Source of the DNA: an uncultured Pelagibacteraceae bacterium
GTDB taxonomy: Bacteria > Pseudomonadota > Alphaproteobacteria > Pelagibacterales > Pelagibacteraceae
DNA length: 64,000 nucleotides
Reading direction: 5' to 3'
NCBI GenBank assembly: GCA_902527215.1
Contig: CABZOF010000003.1
Span: 130,649 to 194,648, forward strand
Below are positions 10,753 through 19,821 of the stretch, piece after piece. The first letter of the stretch is position 1. Each line of letters starts with the position of its first letter. The position numbers and the translations under genes were made by a program. A model generated the notes under the pieces. The model did not search any database. It saw only the letters and a list, made by a program, of their open reading frames with translations, and was not told the DNA's origin.

Positions 10753-10788
10753 GAACTTTTATAGAACATCCATGTACTTAATTTGTTC
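10753..10788. promoter_or_regulatory. Two alphaproteobacterial LexA (SOS) boxes upstream of lexA
   Basis: GAAC-TTTTATA-GAAC at 10753-10767 and GTAC-TTAATTT-GTTC at 10774-10788; consensus GTTC-N7-GTTC; candidate promoter TTTATA-N17-TATAAA at 10719-10747. Confidence 0.85.
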
Positions 10789-10789
10789 T

Positions 10790-11473
10790 ATGTTAACTAA
10801 AAAACAAAAAAACCTGCTTCTCTTTATCAACAAAAGGTTGAGATCTACAGGTGTGTCCCCTTCATATGAGGAAATGAAAGAGTCATTAAGTTTAAAATCG
10901 AAATCTGGTATTCATAGATTAATCAGTGCATTAGAAGAAAGAGGCTTTATTAAAAGATTAGCCCACAAGGCAAGAGCATTAGAAGTAATTAAGTTACCTG
11001 AAACTGCCTCTGCAAACGATATTTATAATAGTTTTTCTCCAAGCGTTATTAAGGGAGGGTTAGATGAGGAAAATTTAAATAATTCCAATGATACAGAAAT
11101 CCCTGTTCTTGGAAAAATTGCTGCAGGAACTCCCGTTGAGGCTATACAGAATGAAATTTCAAGAATTCCCCTACCAGCAAACATTGAAAAAGATGGAGAA
11201 TTTTTTGGTTTAAAGGTTCAAGGGGATTCTATGATTGAGGCTGGAATTAATGATGGTGATACTGTTATTGTTAAAAAAGCCGATACTGCGGATAATGGAA
11301 AAATCGTAGTAGCTTTAATTGATGATCATGAAGCTATGTTGAAAAGAATTAGAAGAAAAGGTAAGACTGTTGCATTAGAAAGTGCAAATAGAAACTACGA
11401 AACAAAAATTTTTGGCCCAGATAGAGTGAAAGTTCAAGGAATTCTTGTATCTTTATATAGAAACTTTCAGTAA
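10790..11473 (+). CDS. lexA: SOS repressor LexA (start revised to MLTKKQ at 10790)
   Basis: MLTKKQ...SPSYEEM...KSGIHRL wHTH; IAAG cleavage site; GDSM Ser and LKR Lys catalytic dyad. Confidence 0.97.
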   Translation: MLTKKQKNLLLFINKRLRSTGVSPSYEEMKESLSLKSKSGIHRLISALEERGFIKRLAHKARALEVIKLPETASANDIYNSFSPSVIKGGLDEENLNNSNDTEIPVLGKIAAGTPVEAIQNEISRIPLPANIEKDGEFFGLKVQGDSMIEAGINDGDTVIVKKADTADNGKIVVALIDDHEAMLKRIRRKGKTVALESANRNYETKIFGPDRVKVQGILVSLYRNFQ

Positions 11474-11492
11474 AATAGTCTAAATAAATTTC

Positions 11493-12899
11493 ATGAAAAA
11501 AGTAGCAACTAGATTTGCTCCTTCTCCTACCGGACCTCTTCATATTGGTGGGTTAAGAACAGCTCTATTTAATTGGTTATATTCAAAAAATAAATCAGGT
11601 AAATTTTACTTAAGGATAGAAGATACTGATAAAGAAAGATCTAAGGAAGAGCATAAAATTCAAATAATTAACTCCCTGAAATGGATGGGAATTGAACATG
11701 ATGGTGAAGAATATATTCAATCAGAAATGATTGGTGAACACGTAGCTATTGCCAAAAGATTATTAGAAAATGGAAATGCTTATAAATGCTATTGTAGTGC
11801 AGAGGAAATAGAAGAACAGAAGAAAAGAGCTAAACAAAAAAAAATTCCTTATGTGTATAATCGAAAATGGCGAGATATTTCTGAAGATCAAACTCCAAAG
11901 AATATAAAACCAGTTATAAGATTTAAAAGTAAAATAAATGGAACTTCTCTTCTAAAAGACTTAGTTCAAGGAAATGTAGAGATTGAAAATAATACTATTG
12001 AGGATTTTGTTATTTTAAGAAATGACGAAACACCAACATATAATTTATCTGCGTCAGTTGATGATCATAATATGGAAATGACACATATTATAAGAGGAGA
12101 TGACCATAAAATAAATACTTTTAAACAAATACAGATATATGAAGCATTAGGTTGGGATATTCCAAAGTTTGCTCATATACCTCTTATTCATACAATAGAT
12201 GGTAAGAAGTTATCAAAAAGAGACAATGCCTCAACATTAGAAGATTACTCAAAAATTGGAATTCTGCCTGAGTCACTTAGAAATTACTTACTAAGGTTAG
12301 GATGGTCTTATAAAGATAAGGAAATTTTTGACTTAGATGAAAGCATAAAACTTTTTAATCTAGAAGGAATAGGCAAATCACCTTCAAAACTTGATATGAG
12401 TAGAATTCTTTCTATGAATGAATATTACATTAAAAATAGTGAAGAAAATATATTGTACAAAAAATTAAAAGAATATTGTGAGATATATAAAGATAAAATT
12501 GAAGAAGAAAAAGAAAATACAATGAAAAATTCTTTAAAATTTTTAAAAAATAAAGCAAAAACACTTGAGGACATATTTAATAATTCTAAATACCTATTAA
12601 ATGATAAAGTTATTTTTAATGATAGTGACAAAAAACTGATAAACGATGAAGCAAAAAAAATAATTCATTTATTTAAAGAGAAGATTTCTAAAATAGATGT
12701 TTTTGATAGAGAAAATTTAGAACAAATCGTAAATGGGTTAATTAAATTAAAAAATACAAATTTTAAAGGTGTTGGACAGCCATTACGAATAATGTTGACT
12801 GGATCTAAATTTGGGCCAGGAATTTATGATATAATATTATCTCTTGGGAAAAAAGAGGTAATAAAAAGACTAGGAAATGTAGGACAAGATAATATTTGA
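11493..12899 (+). CDS. gltX: Glutamate--tRNA ligase
   Basis: RFAPSPTGPLHIG, LRIEDTD, IRGDDH, KLSKR. Confidence 0.97.
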   Translation: MKKVATRFAPSPTGPLHIGGLRTALFNWLYSKNKSGKFYLRIEDTDKERSKEEHKIQIINSLKWMGIEHDGEEYIQSEMIGEHVAIAKRLLENGNAYKCYCSAEEIEEQKKRAKQKKIPYVYNRKWRDISEDQTPKNIKPVIRFKSKINGTSLLKDLVQGNVEIENNTIEDFVILRNDETPTYNLSASVDDHNMEMTHIIRGDDHKINTFKQIQIYEALGWDIPKFAHIPLIHTIDGKKLSKRDNASTLEDYSKIGILPESLRNYLLRLGWSYKDKEIFDLDESIKLFNLEGIGKSPSKLDMSRILSMNEYYIKNSEENILYKKLKEYCEIYKDKIEEEKENTMKNSLKFLKNKAKTLEDIFNNSKYLLNDKVIFNDSDKKLINDEAKKIIHLFKEKISKIDVFDRENLEQIVNGLIKLKNTNFKGVGQPLRIMLTGSKFGPGIYDIILSLGKKEVIKRLGNVGQDNI

Positions 12900-14000
12900 T
12901 GCTTCTTCAGACGAAGAACTAGGAGATGTCAAAGTTTCAAGAGTTTTTTTTATCTCTTTTTTTTGTTTTGCTATTAAATCTGGATTTTTTAGAAAAAAGT
13001 AAACACTTTTAAATATTTCATCAGCATTACATTCTGATTGTATCAACTCTGGAATAACTTCTTTATTATTGATGATATTAATTATATTAGCAAATTTTAT
13101 ATTTAATAGAAATTTTGCTAAATAAAAATTAATAAAATTCATCTTATAAATAATTATTGACGGAACATTCATTTTACATACTTCCAATGAAACGGTTCCA
13201 GATTTTACTACTGCGAAAATTGATTTCTTTAAAACTGCGGTTTTAATTTTATCGTCATTGATAACTTCTATATTTTTTATAGATTCTTTCAAAATATAAC
13301 TAGTTATAAGTTCTTTATTTTTATCAGTTGCATGAAATATGAAATTATAATTGGGATCCTTGATATTCATTTTTTTAATGAAACTAATTAGAATTGGGAT
13401 ATGATAGTTAATTTCTGAGTCTCTGCTACCAGGAAAAATTGATATAATATTTTTTTTATCTAAAAATTGGTCTATCTGGACATTTTCGTAATTTTTTTTA
13501 TCCAATAAAGGATGACCTACAAATGTATTAGTTAACGTTTCTCTATCAAAATATTCTTTTTCAAACCTAAAAAGTAATAAAATATGGTCTAAAAATTCCT
13601 TCATTTTTTTTACTCTACCCTCTCTCCATGCCCAAACCTTAGGAGCAATAAAATGAATTATTTTTATTTTTGGATCTTTTTTTTTTACTAATTTTGCTAC
13701 TCTTAATGTAAAATCTGGACTATCTACACTAAATAAAATATCTGGTTTAAATTTCAAGACCTCATAAACAGTGTCTTTTATTTTACGTTTTATTTTTAAA
13801 AAATTTAATAATATATCGGTAAAAGCTATATAAGTTATCTCTTTTTGGTCATAGATTGTCTTTATACCTAATTTTTCTAAGTGTGTTCCACCAACACTTA
13901 AAAATTCAATATCTTCTCTTTTTGTTTTTATTTGTGATATTACCTCTGATGCCAATTTATCCCCAGAAGGTTCACCTGTAAGGACAAAAATTTTTTTCAT
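12870..14000 (-). CDS. lpxB: Lipid A disaccharide synthase
   Basis: GEPSGD, DSPDF, APKVWAWR, FVGHPL, PGSR, KSGT. Confidence 0.96.
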   Translation of the reverse strand: MKKIFVLTGEPSGDKLASEVISQIKTKREDIEFLSVGGTHLEKLGIKTIYDQKEITYIAFTDILLNFLKIKRKIKDTVYEVLKFKPDILFSVDSPDFTLRVAKLVKKKDPKIKIIHFIAPKVWAWREGRVKKMKEFLDHILLLFRFEKEYFDRETLTNTFVGHPLLDKKNYENVQIDQFLDKKNIISIFPGSRDSEINYHIPILISFIKKMNIKDPNYNFIFHATDKNKELITSYILKESIKNIEVINDDKIKTAVLKKSIFAVVKSGTVSLEVCKMNVPSIIIYKMNFINFYLAKFLLNIKFANIINIINNKEVIPELIQSECNADEIFKSVYFFLKNPDLIAKQKKEIKKTLETLTSPSSSSEEASNIILSYIS

Positions 14001-14788
14001 ATAGCAATTAGAAAGAGTTTATTTTGATTGGCATATTTTATACAGACTTCTTTATTTAATATAATATTTTGATTTGATTTAACGACAACTCCTTTGATGC
14101 CAACTTTATTACAATCTTTAAGTGTATCAATTCCAATTGTAGGTAAGTCTACCCTTAAATCTTGTTTAGCTTTAGGCAGTTTTATTAAAATACCCTTTTT
14201 TATTTTGGATTTAGGTACAGATTTTATCATTTCTTTTGTACCTTTTCTTGTTTCTCTAGATATAACCTTATTGTCTCTTATTATTACTGCTTGAGTGTGA
14301 TTATACGAATTTATTTTTTTTAATGTTTTAATTCCTTTTACTATTTCATCTTTTTCCAGCAAAGTTGGTTTAATTTTTGTATAGACACCTTTATTTAATG
14401 TTAATTCTGGGTTGTAAGTATTTAATTTAATAACTTTAATTTTATTTTCAGATAAAATTTTTATTAAAGCTTTTAATATTGCTGCGTCACCTAATTTTGA
14501 TGCTTTAACTATTCTTGGGATATAAAACAATCCTCTTAAATCTAATTTTAGTTTTGATATTTTAGGTTTAATTATATTTCCAGCAAATATAACTTTATTA
14601 CATTTTTTTGATTTAATAAGTTTTAGAATTTCGCCAAATTTTCCTATATTAATAAAAAAACTATTTTTTTTTTTTTTAAATTTATTTTTCTTTGTTAAAT
14701 CTATAATGAAATATTTTATCTTCTTGCTCTCTATTTTTTTTATAATTTCATTTGGTAAATCTTTTTCTCCTAAAAAAAGTCCTATCAT
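13997..14788 (-). CDS. lpxI: UDP-2,3-diacylglucosamine pyrophosphatase LpxI (DUF1009)
   Basis: K-x-PKxxQDLRVDLPTIG motif; position between lpxA and lpxB. Confidence 0.88.
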   Translation of the reverse strand: MIGLFLGEKDLPNEIIKKIESKKIKYFIIDLTKKNKFKKKKNSFFINIGKFGEILKLIKSKKCNKVIFAGNIIKPKISKLKLDLRGLFYIPRIVKASKLGDAAILKALIKILSENKIKVIKLNTYNPELTLNKGVYTKIKPTLLEKDEIVKGIKTLKKINSYNHTQAVIIRDNKVISRETRKGTKEMIKSVPKSKIKKGILIKLPKAKQDLRVDLPTIGIDTLKDCNKVGIKGVVVKSNQNIILNKEVCIKYANQNKLFLIAI

Positions 14789-15570
14789 TATTTGTTAGGT
14801 GGAAGTGATATTGGTCTTTTTTTATCTGAGTCTATAAAATAAAGTATTTTTTTTACAAACTCATTGTTTTTAAGTTCACTGTTAAGTTCCTTTATATTTT
14901 CTCTAAAATTTGAAGTTTTAAATATTATTTCATAAGCTAATTGTATTTTTTTTATATTTTCATTTGAAACTTTAGATCTTCTTAATCCAATAAGATTTAA
15001 ACCCATTAAGTTGTTTCTGTTCCCCATAGATAAGCCAAATGGAATAACATCACTCAGAACACCGGTCATTCCTCCTATCATTGCTGACTCACCTATCCTT
15101 GAAAACTGATGTATTGCACAGCTACCACCTATTATTGCATTTTGTTCAATAGAAACATGTCCTCCTACCTGAACATTATTAGCTAAAACAATACTATCCG
15201 ATATATTACAATCATGTGCTACATGGCAGTAAACCATAAATAAATTGTTATCTCCAATTTTAGTAATTCCTCCTCCTTGCTCTGTTCCAGGATTAATGTT
15301 TACATACTCTCTAAGTTTATTGTTATCACCTATAATTAATGAATTTTTTTCTCCTTTATATTTTAAATCTTGAGGTGGAGTTCCAATAGAGCAGAATGGA
15401 TATATTTGATTGCTATTTCCTATTTTGGTATTACCTATAATATTTACATGTGAATGTAAGACTGAGTTAGCTCCTATTTCAACTTGTGGGCCTATAAGAG
15501 AATAAGGTCCAATTGTTACATTTTCTGAAATTTTGGCCTTTGGATCAACAATAGCAGTTTTATGAATCAC
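14788..15570 (-). CDS. lpxA: UDP-N-acetylglucosamine acyltransferase
   Basis: IHKTAIVD, hexapeptide repeats, PQDLKY, HVAHDC, HQF; GTG start. Confidence 0.97.
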   Translation of the reverse strand: MIHKTAIVDPKAKISENVTIGPYSLIGPQVEIGANSVLHSHVNIIGNTKIGNSNQIYPFCSIGTPPQDLKYKGEKNSLIIGDNNKLREYVNINPGTEQGGGITKIGDNNLFMVYCHVAHDCNISDSIVLANNVQVGGHVSIEQNAIIGGSCAIHQFSRIGESAMIGGMTGVLSDVIPFGLSMGNRNNLMGLNLIGLRRSKVSNENIKKIQLAYEIIFKTSNFRENIKELNSELKNNEFVKKILYFIDSDKKRPISLPPNK

Positions 15571-15625
15571 TCATAATAAATAACAAATTTAAAATTTAAT
15601 ACTTATCAACTATTACTACTGATTA

Positions 15626-16072
15626 TTACTTTCTATCTACTATGGTTGCAGACCACTGTGCATCTGCCATTTTTTTATCACCAACAAATGCAGTACCTTT
15701 GTACTTCCATACTCTTCCATGTGATCTGATAGCCTCAATATTAAGTTCTAAAACACAATCAGGTATTACTGGATTTCTAAATCGAGCTTTTTCAATTGTC
15801 ATTAAAAAAACTAGTTTGTTATCATATGTTGATTTATCTAATCCATTTGCAGTCAATGCTGCTGCAGCTTGTCCAAATGCCTCTACAATTAAAACACCAG
15901 GCATAACGGGTTCTCCTGGGAAATGACCATCTACAAAAAAACTATTTTTTTTTACTTTAACAATAGCTGTAGCTGAAAAAAGTTTTTTTATATTTCTTAG
16001 CTCATCTATAAGAAGCATTGGCTCCCTGTGGGGTAATAATTCTTTTATTTGTTCTTTATTTAAATTAGTCAT
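15626..16072 (-). CDS. fabZ: 3-hydroxyacyl-ACP dehydratase
   Basis: LPHREPMLLID, GHFPGEPVMPGVLIVEA. Confidence 0.97.
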   Translation of the reverse strand: MTNLNKEQIKELLPHREPMLLIDELRNIKKLFSATAIVKVKKNSFFVDGHFPGEPVMPGVLIVEAFGQAAAALTANGLDKSTYDNKLVFLMTIEKARFRNPVIPDCVLELNIEAIRSHGRVWKYKGTAFVGDKKMADAQWSATIVDRK

Positions 16073-17045
16073 TTGATTTATATTCCTTTATAAAATTTCT
16101 AATATTTTTGGCAGGATATCCCATCACCTTTGTATTTGAAGGAATATTTTTTATTACTCCACTGCCACCACCAATTTGAACATTATCACCTATTTTTAAA
16201 TGACCAGAAATACCTGCTTGTCCACCTATCATTACTCTATTACCGATTGACGAACTACCAGCAAATCCAACTTGTCCTGTTATTATGCAATTTTTTCCTA
16301 TCTTTACATTATGGGCAATATGGACCTGGTTATCTAAAAAAGTACCATCGCCAATGATTGTATTAGAGAGAGATCCTCTATCAATTGTATTATTGCATCC
16401 TACTTCCACATTGTCTCCTATAATAACAGATCCAATATGAGGATACCTAGTATTTTTTATTTTTCCAGGCCAAAAACCAAAACCTTTTTTTCCAATAATT
16501 GCTCCGTCAAGTATACGTGTGTTATTTCCTATAACACAGTTTTTCAATATTACATTAGATCCAACTTGACAATTGTTACCGATTAGAACGTTAGTTTCTA
16601 TTATTGTATTATGTCCAATAAAACAATTTTTACCTATTTTTACATTTTTTCCTACTAGTATATTCTTTCCTAGGTTTATATTTTTAAATAATTTTTTTTT
16701 AATTGGCATTATTTTTTTATCAAATACATCATTCATAGCTTCAGGATAAAATAGTATCGTTATTTTGGCTACAGAGGTTAATACATTATCTACAAAAATA
16801 CTTTTCTTGTTTTTTGGAATTAACTTTTCAAATTTTTTATTTGTCAAAATTAAATTAGATTTAGTGGTTACTAAAGAATCTGAATAATTTATAGAATGGA
16901 AAAAAGAAATATCATTTTTTGTTGCTTGATCCAGTTCTTTTATATCATTTATCGAAATATTTTTCTTTATTTTTTTTAAATTTAATAAATTTAGAATATC
17001 ATTAATTTTAATATTTAATTTTTTTTTAAAAAAGAGATTTTTCAT
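16065..17045 (-). CDS. lpxD: UDP-3-O-acylglucosamine N-acyltransferase
   Basis: Hexapeptide repeats, IDRG, DNQVHIAHNV, GQVGFAGS, GQAGISGH. Confidence 0.96.
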   Translation of the reverse strand: MKNLFFKKKLNIKINDILNLLNLKKIKKNISINDIKELDQATKNDISFFHSINYSDSLVTTKSNLILTNKKFEKLIPKNKKSIFVDNVLTSVAKITILFYPEAMNDVFDKKIMPIKKKLFKNINLGKNILVGKNVKIGKNCFIGHNTIIETNVLIGNNCQVGSNVILKNCVIGNNTRILDGAIIGKKGFGFWPGKIKNTRYPHIGSVIIGDNVEVGCNNTIDRGSLSNTIIGDGTFLDNQVHIAHNVKIGKNCIITGQVGFAGSSSIGNRVMIGGQAGISGHLKIGDNVQIGGGSGVIKNIPSNTKVMGYPAKNIRNFIKEYKSND

Positions 17046-17558
17046 TTAAAAGTCTATTGATTTAACTTTATCATTTAATAAAATAATTATTTTTTCTGTA
17101 ATATCTAAATTTTTTTTTCCAACAATAATATTTTTTTTAGGTATAACAAGTGTAATTGAATTGTTCTCAACATACTCTGTAATTATTGGATTTAATATAT
17201 TAAGTATTTTTTGTGTATTTTTGATCTTTATTTGATTTATCTCCTCTAAATATTTTTTTCTATCTGATCTATATTTTTGAACTTCATTAGATAAATTATT
17301 TAATTTTTTTTTGAATTCACTCTTTTCAAGGATATTTTGTTTAGCTATTAGATTTTTTTCTTTATCAATTAAATCAATTTCCTTTTTCTTATAAATTGTC
17401 ATATTTTTGTTATTAATTTCTTGAAGATGGTTATTTAAGTATTTTCCAACTTCAGAGGTATTCAATATAAAATTAATATCTATATAAACAATTTCTGCTC
17501 TTAGACTAGTTTGAAAAAATGAATTAAGAAAAAAAATAAAAATTATAATTTTTTTCAT
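17046..17558 (-). CDS. skp: OmpH/Skp periplasmic chaperone (start revised to 17558, 1 nt after bamA stop)
   Basis: Signal peptide MKKIIIFIFF, IVYID motif, coiled coil, LDITEKII C-terminus; bamA-skp-lpxD synteny. Confidence 0.85.
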   Translation of the reverse strand: MKKIIIFIFFLNSFFQTSLRAEIVYIDINFILNTSEVGKYLNNHLQEINNKNMTIYKKKEIDLIDKEKNLIAKQNILEKSEFKKKLNNLSNEVQKYRSDRKKYLEEINQIKIKNTQKILNILNPIITEYVENNSITLVIPKKNIIVGKKNLDITEKIIILLNDKVKSIDF

Positions 17559-17559
17559 T

Positions 17560-19821
17560 TTAAAAAGATGTGCCAATTTGAAATCTGAAAGACTCTTTTG
17601 TATCACTTGTTTCGCTACTTAAAGGGATTGCATATGAAAAAGATAGTGGACCAACAGGAGTAAACCAATTGACAGCTATTCCAGTTGATGATCTTATGTT
17701 GCTTGACTCTAATGAACTGTCGTAATCAACCTCCCAAATTGATGCTGCATCAAAAAATAGATTTAAGTCAACATTTTCATATCCACTTAGAATATTTGGC
17801 AATGTTGTATTTAAATTTACAGCAGAACCAAAATTTCCTCCCACATACTCATTACCATCTTTTGGGCCTATTTTTCCTGGCTCAAAACCCCTAAGTTTAC
17901 TACTAGGTATATAGACTCTTCTAGAAACTCTGACGTCATCATCTATTGAATTTACAGATTTTAAGAAGAATTTACCTGAGATTATAAGATTATCTGTTAA
18001 CGAATGATATTTTGATGCATTCAATGTATTGGTTATAGATAAATCATCTGAATAAATTGGAAGTGTTTGCTTAAAACTAAATTTATATCCATTTGTTGGT
18101 TGAAAATTCTGGTCTAATTTATTTAATGTTAAATTATAAGATAATAAATTTTCGATATAATCACCTTCTTGTTTTTTTTTTTGTGCACTTGCTGTTGGTG
18201 ACGTTTCAAGTTTTTCATAATAAGCAGATATATCAAGATTAACATAAAAATCTTGATATTGCTCAAAACCAGTTCCGACTCCAAAACCAGTCCTTGATGT
18301 TTTAAAACCTCCTGTACTTAAAAAGTCAGATGTTGAACTTTCTAGTAAACTATTAATAGATGTATCAGTATTTTTATAGTTAGGATTAACTACAAAAAAC
18401 TTTCCTTTTATAGATTCTTCTGAAACCATAAGATTTGATGAAAGTTTTATACCTTTACCTAAATAATTTTTTTCTGTGATACCTGCAGTAACACTCGCAC
18501 CTGATGTTCCAGTACCAGCTCCTGCAAATATTTCACCTGTTGCATCCTCCTCAACTGTAATATCTATAATTTTTTGTTGATTATCCAAAGGCGAATTATT
18601 TATAACTGATTTAACAGATTTAAATATATTTCTTGATTTAATATTATCAATTGATTTATTGAATAAAACTTGATTGTAAGCATCTCCTTCATCTATTATT
18701 AATGAATTCCTAATTACTTTTTCTTCAGTAATAAAATTGCCAAATATATTGATTTGTTCTATATAAAGTTTTTCAAGATCCTCAAAAATAAATTCTATGT
18801 TGATTTTGTTTTCTTCAACAATTGTTAAATTATATTTAGCGTTTGTAAATACAAATTCTTTTAACAAAGATATTTGATCTATTTCATTTATTACATTATT
18901 TAATAATTTTGGCGAATATCTCTGTCCTTTTAAGTCATTAATTATTAATTCAATTTTTTTTACATTTTCACTGTCAAAATTATTTTTATTACTTAAAGAA
19001 ACATTATTAAAATAAAACTTTTCTCCAGCATCTATATTAAAAATTAATTCAAAATACTGATTATCTACATTTTTTGCATAAGACGATTTCACATTTACAT
19101 TAAAAAATCCTCTATTTAAGTAAAATGATTTAAGTAAATTTTGATCTTTGTTAATTTTCCTTTCATCAAGATATTTATCTGATGTTATGAACTTCCAAAA
19201 TTTACCTTCCTCAGATTTAATTACATTCCTTAATTTTGTATCTTTAAAAATTTTATTTCCTTGAAAATTAATTTTCTTGATAATTGCTCTTTCTCCTAAT
19301 GTAAAATTATAGAGAATATCGACTGAGTTATTTTTGTTATCTACAATACTTGTACTAATATCCGCAAAATAGAAACCATTTACTCTTACTATATTTAATA
19401 GAAAATTTTTTTGATTTATAATATCATTCTTAAGAAAAGGGTATTTTTCATATTTTTTCACTGACTCGTTTAAGTTTTTAAGTAGTGTCTTATTTTTTAC
19501 ACCATTAATCTCAATAGTTTGTATTATAGGATTTTCTTTAATTATTATTTCAATAATTTTTTCATTTATAATTATTTTGATGTCCTCAAAATAGTTTGTT
19601 TCATAAAGATTTTTGATTGATTTATTTAGATCATCATCATTAATATCTATTCCGGTTTTTAACCCTGAAAACATTATTATTGTTTCAATTGATAATCTCT
19701 CATTACCTTTAACTATTATTTCATTATATTTTTCAGCTTTTGCAAAAGTAAAATTGAAAAATATAAATAAAACTACAAAAATATATTTATAATCTATTAT
19801 TTTTTTAATTGTTTTTAACAT
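17560..19821 (-). CDS. bamA: Outer membrane protein assembly factor BamA
   Basis: POTRA motifs (GNERL, GNKIF, GNFITEEKVIR), LRGF, WFTPVGPLSFSYA, terminal Phe. Confidence 0.96.
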   Translation of the reverse strand: MLKTIKKIIDYKYIFVVLFIFFNFTFAKAEKYNEIIVKGNERLSIETIIMFSGLKTGIDINDDDLNKSIKNLYETNYFEDIKIIINEKIIEIIIKENPIIQTIEINGVKNKTLLKNLNESVKKYEKYPFLKNDIINQKNFLLNIVRVNGFYFADISTSIVDNKNNSVDILYNFTLGERAIIKKINFQGNKIFKDTKLRNVIKSEEGKFWKFITSDKYLDERKINKDQNLLKSFYLNRGFFNVNVKSSYAKNVDNQYFELIFNIDAGEKFYFNNVSLSNKNNFDSENVKKIELIINDLKGQRYSPKLLNNVINEIDQISLLKEFVFTNAKYNLTIVEENKINIEFIFEDLEKLYIEQINIFGNFITEEKVIRNSLIIDEGDAYNQVLFNKSIDNIKSRNIFKSVKSVINNSPLDNQQKIIDITVEEDATGEIFAGAGTGTSGASVTAGITEKNYLGKGIKLSSNLMVSEESIKGKFFVVNPNYKNTDTSINSLLESSTSDFLSTGGFKTSRTGFGVGTGFEQYQDFYVNLDISAYYEKLETSPTASAQKKKQEGDYIENLLSYNLTLNKLDQNFQPTNGYKFSFKQTLPIYSDDLSITNTLNASKYHSLTDNLIISGKFFLKSVNSIDDDVRVSRRVYIPSSKLRGFEPGKIGPKDGNEYVGGNFGSAVNLNTTLPNILSGYENVDLNLFFDAASIWEVDYDSSLESSNIRSSTGIAVNWFTPVGPLSFSYAIPLSSETSDTKESFRFQIGTSF

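Noticed and set aside
10739-10789. N-terminal extension of LexA in the ORF track (also extensions for skp, rpsB, dnaE, nuoA)
   Set aside because: Extensions run through operators, leaders or upstream genes; the downstream ATGs match family N-termini.
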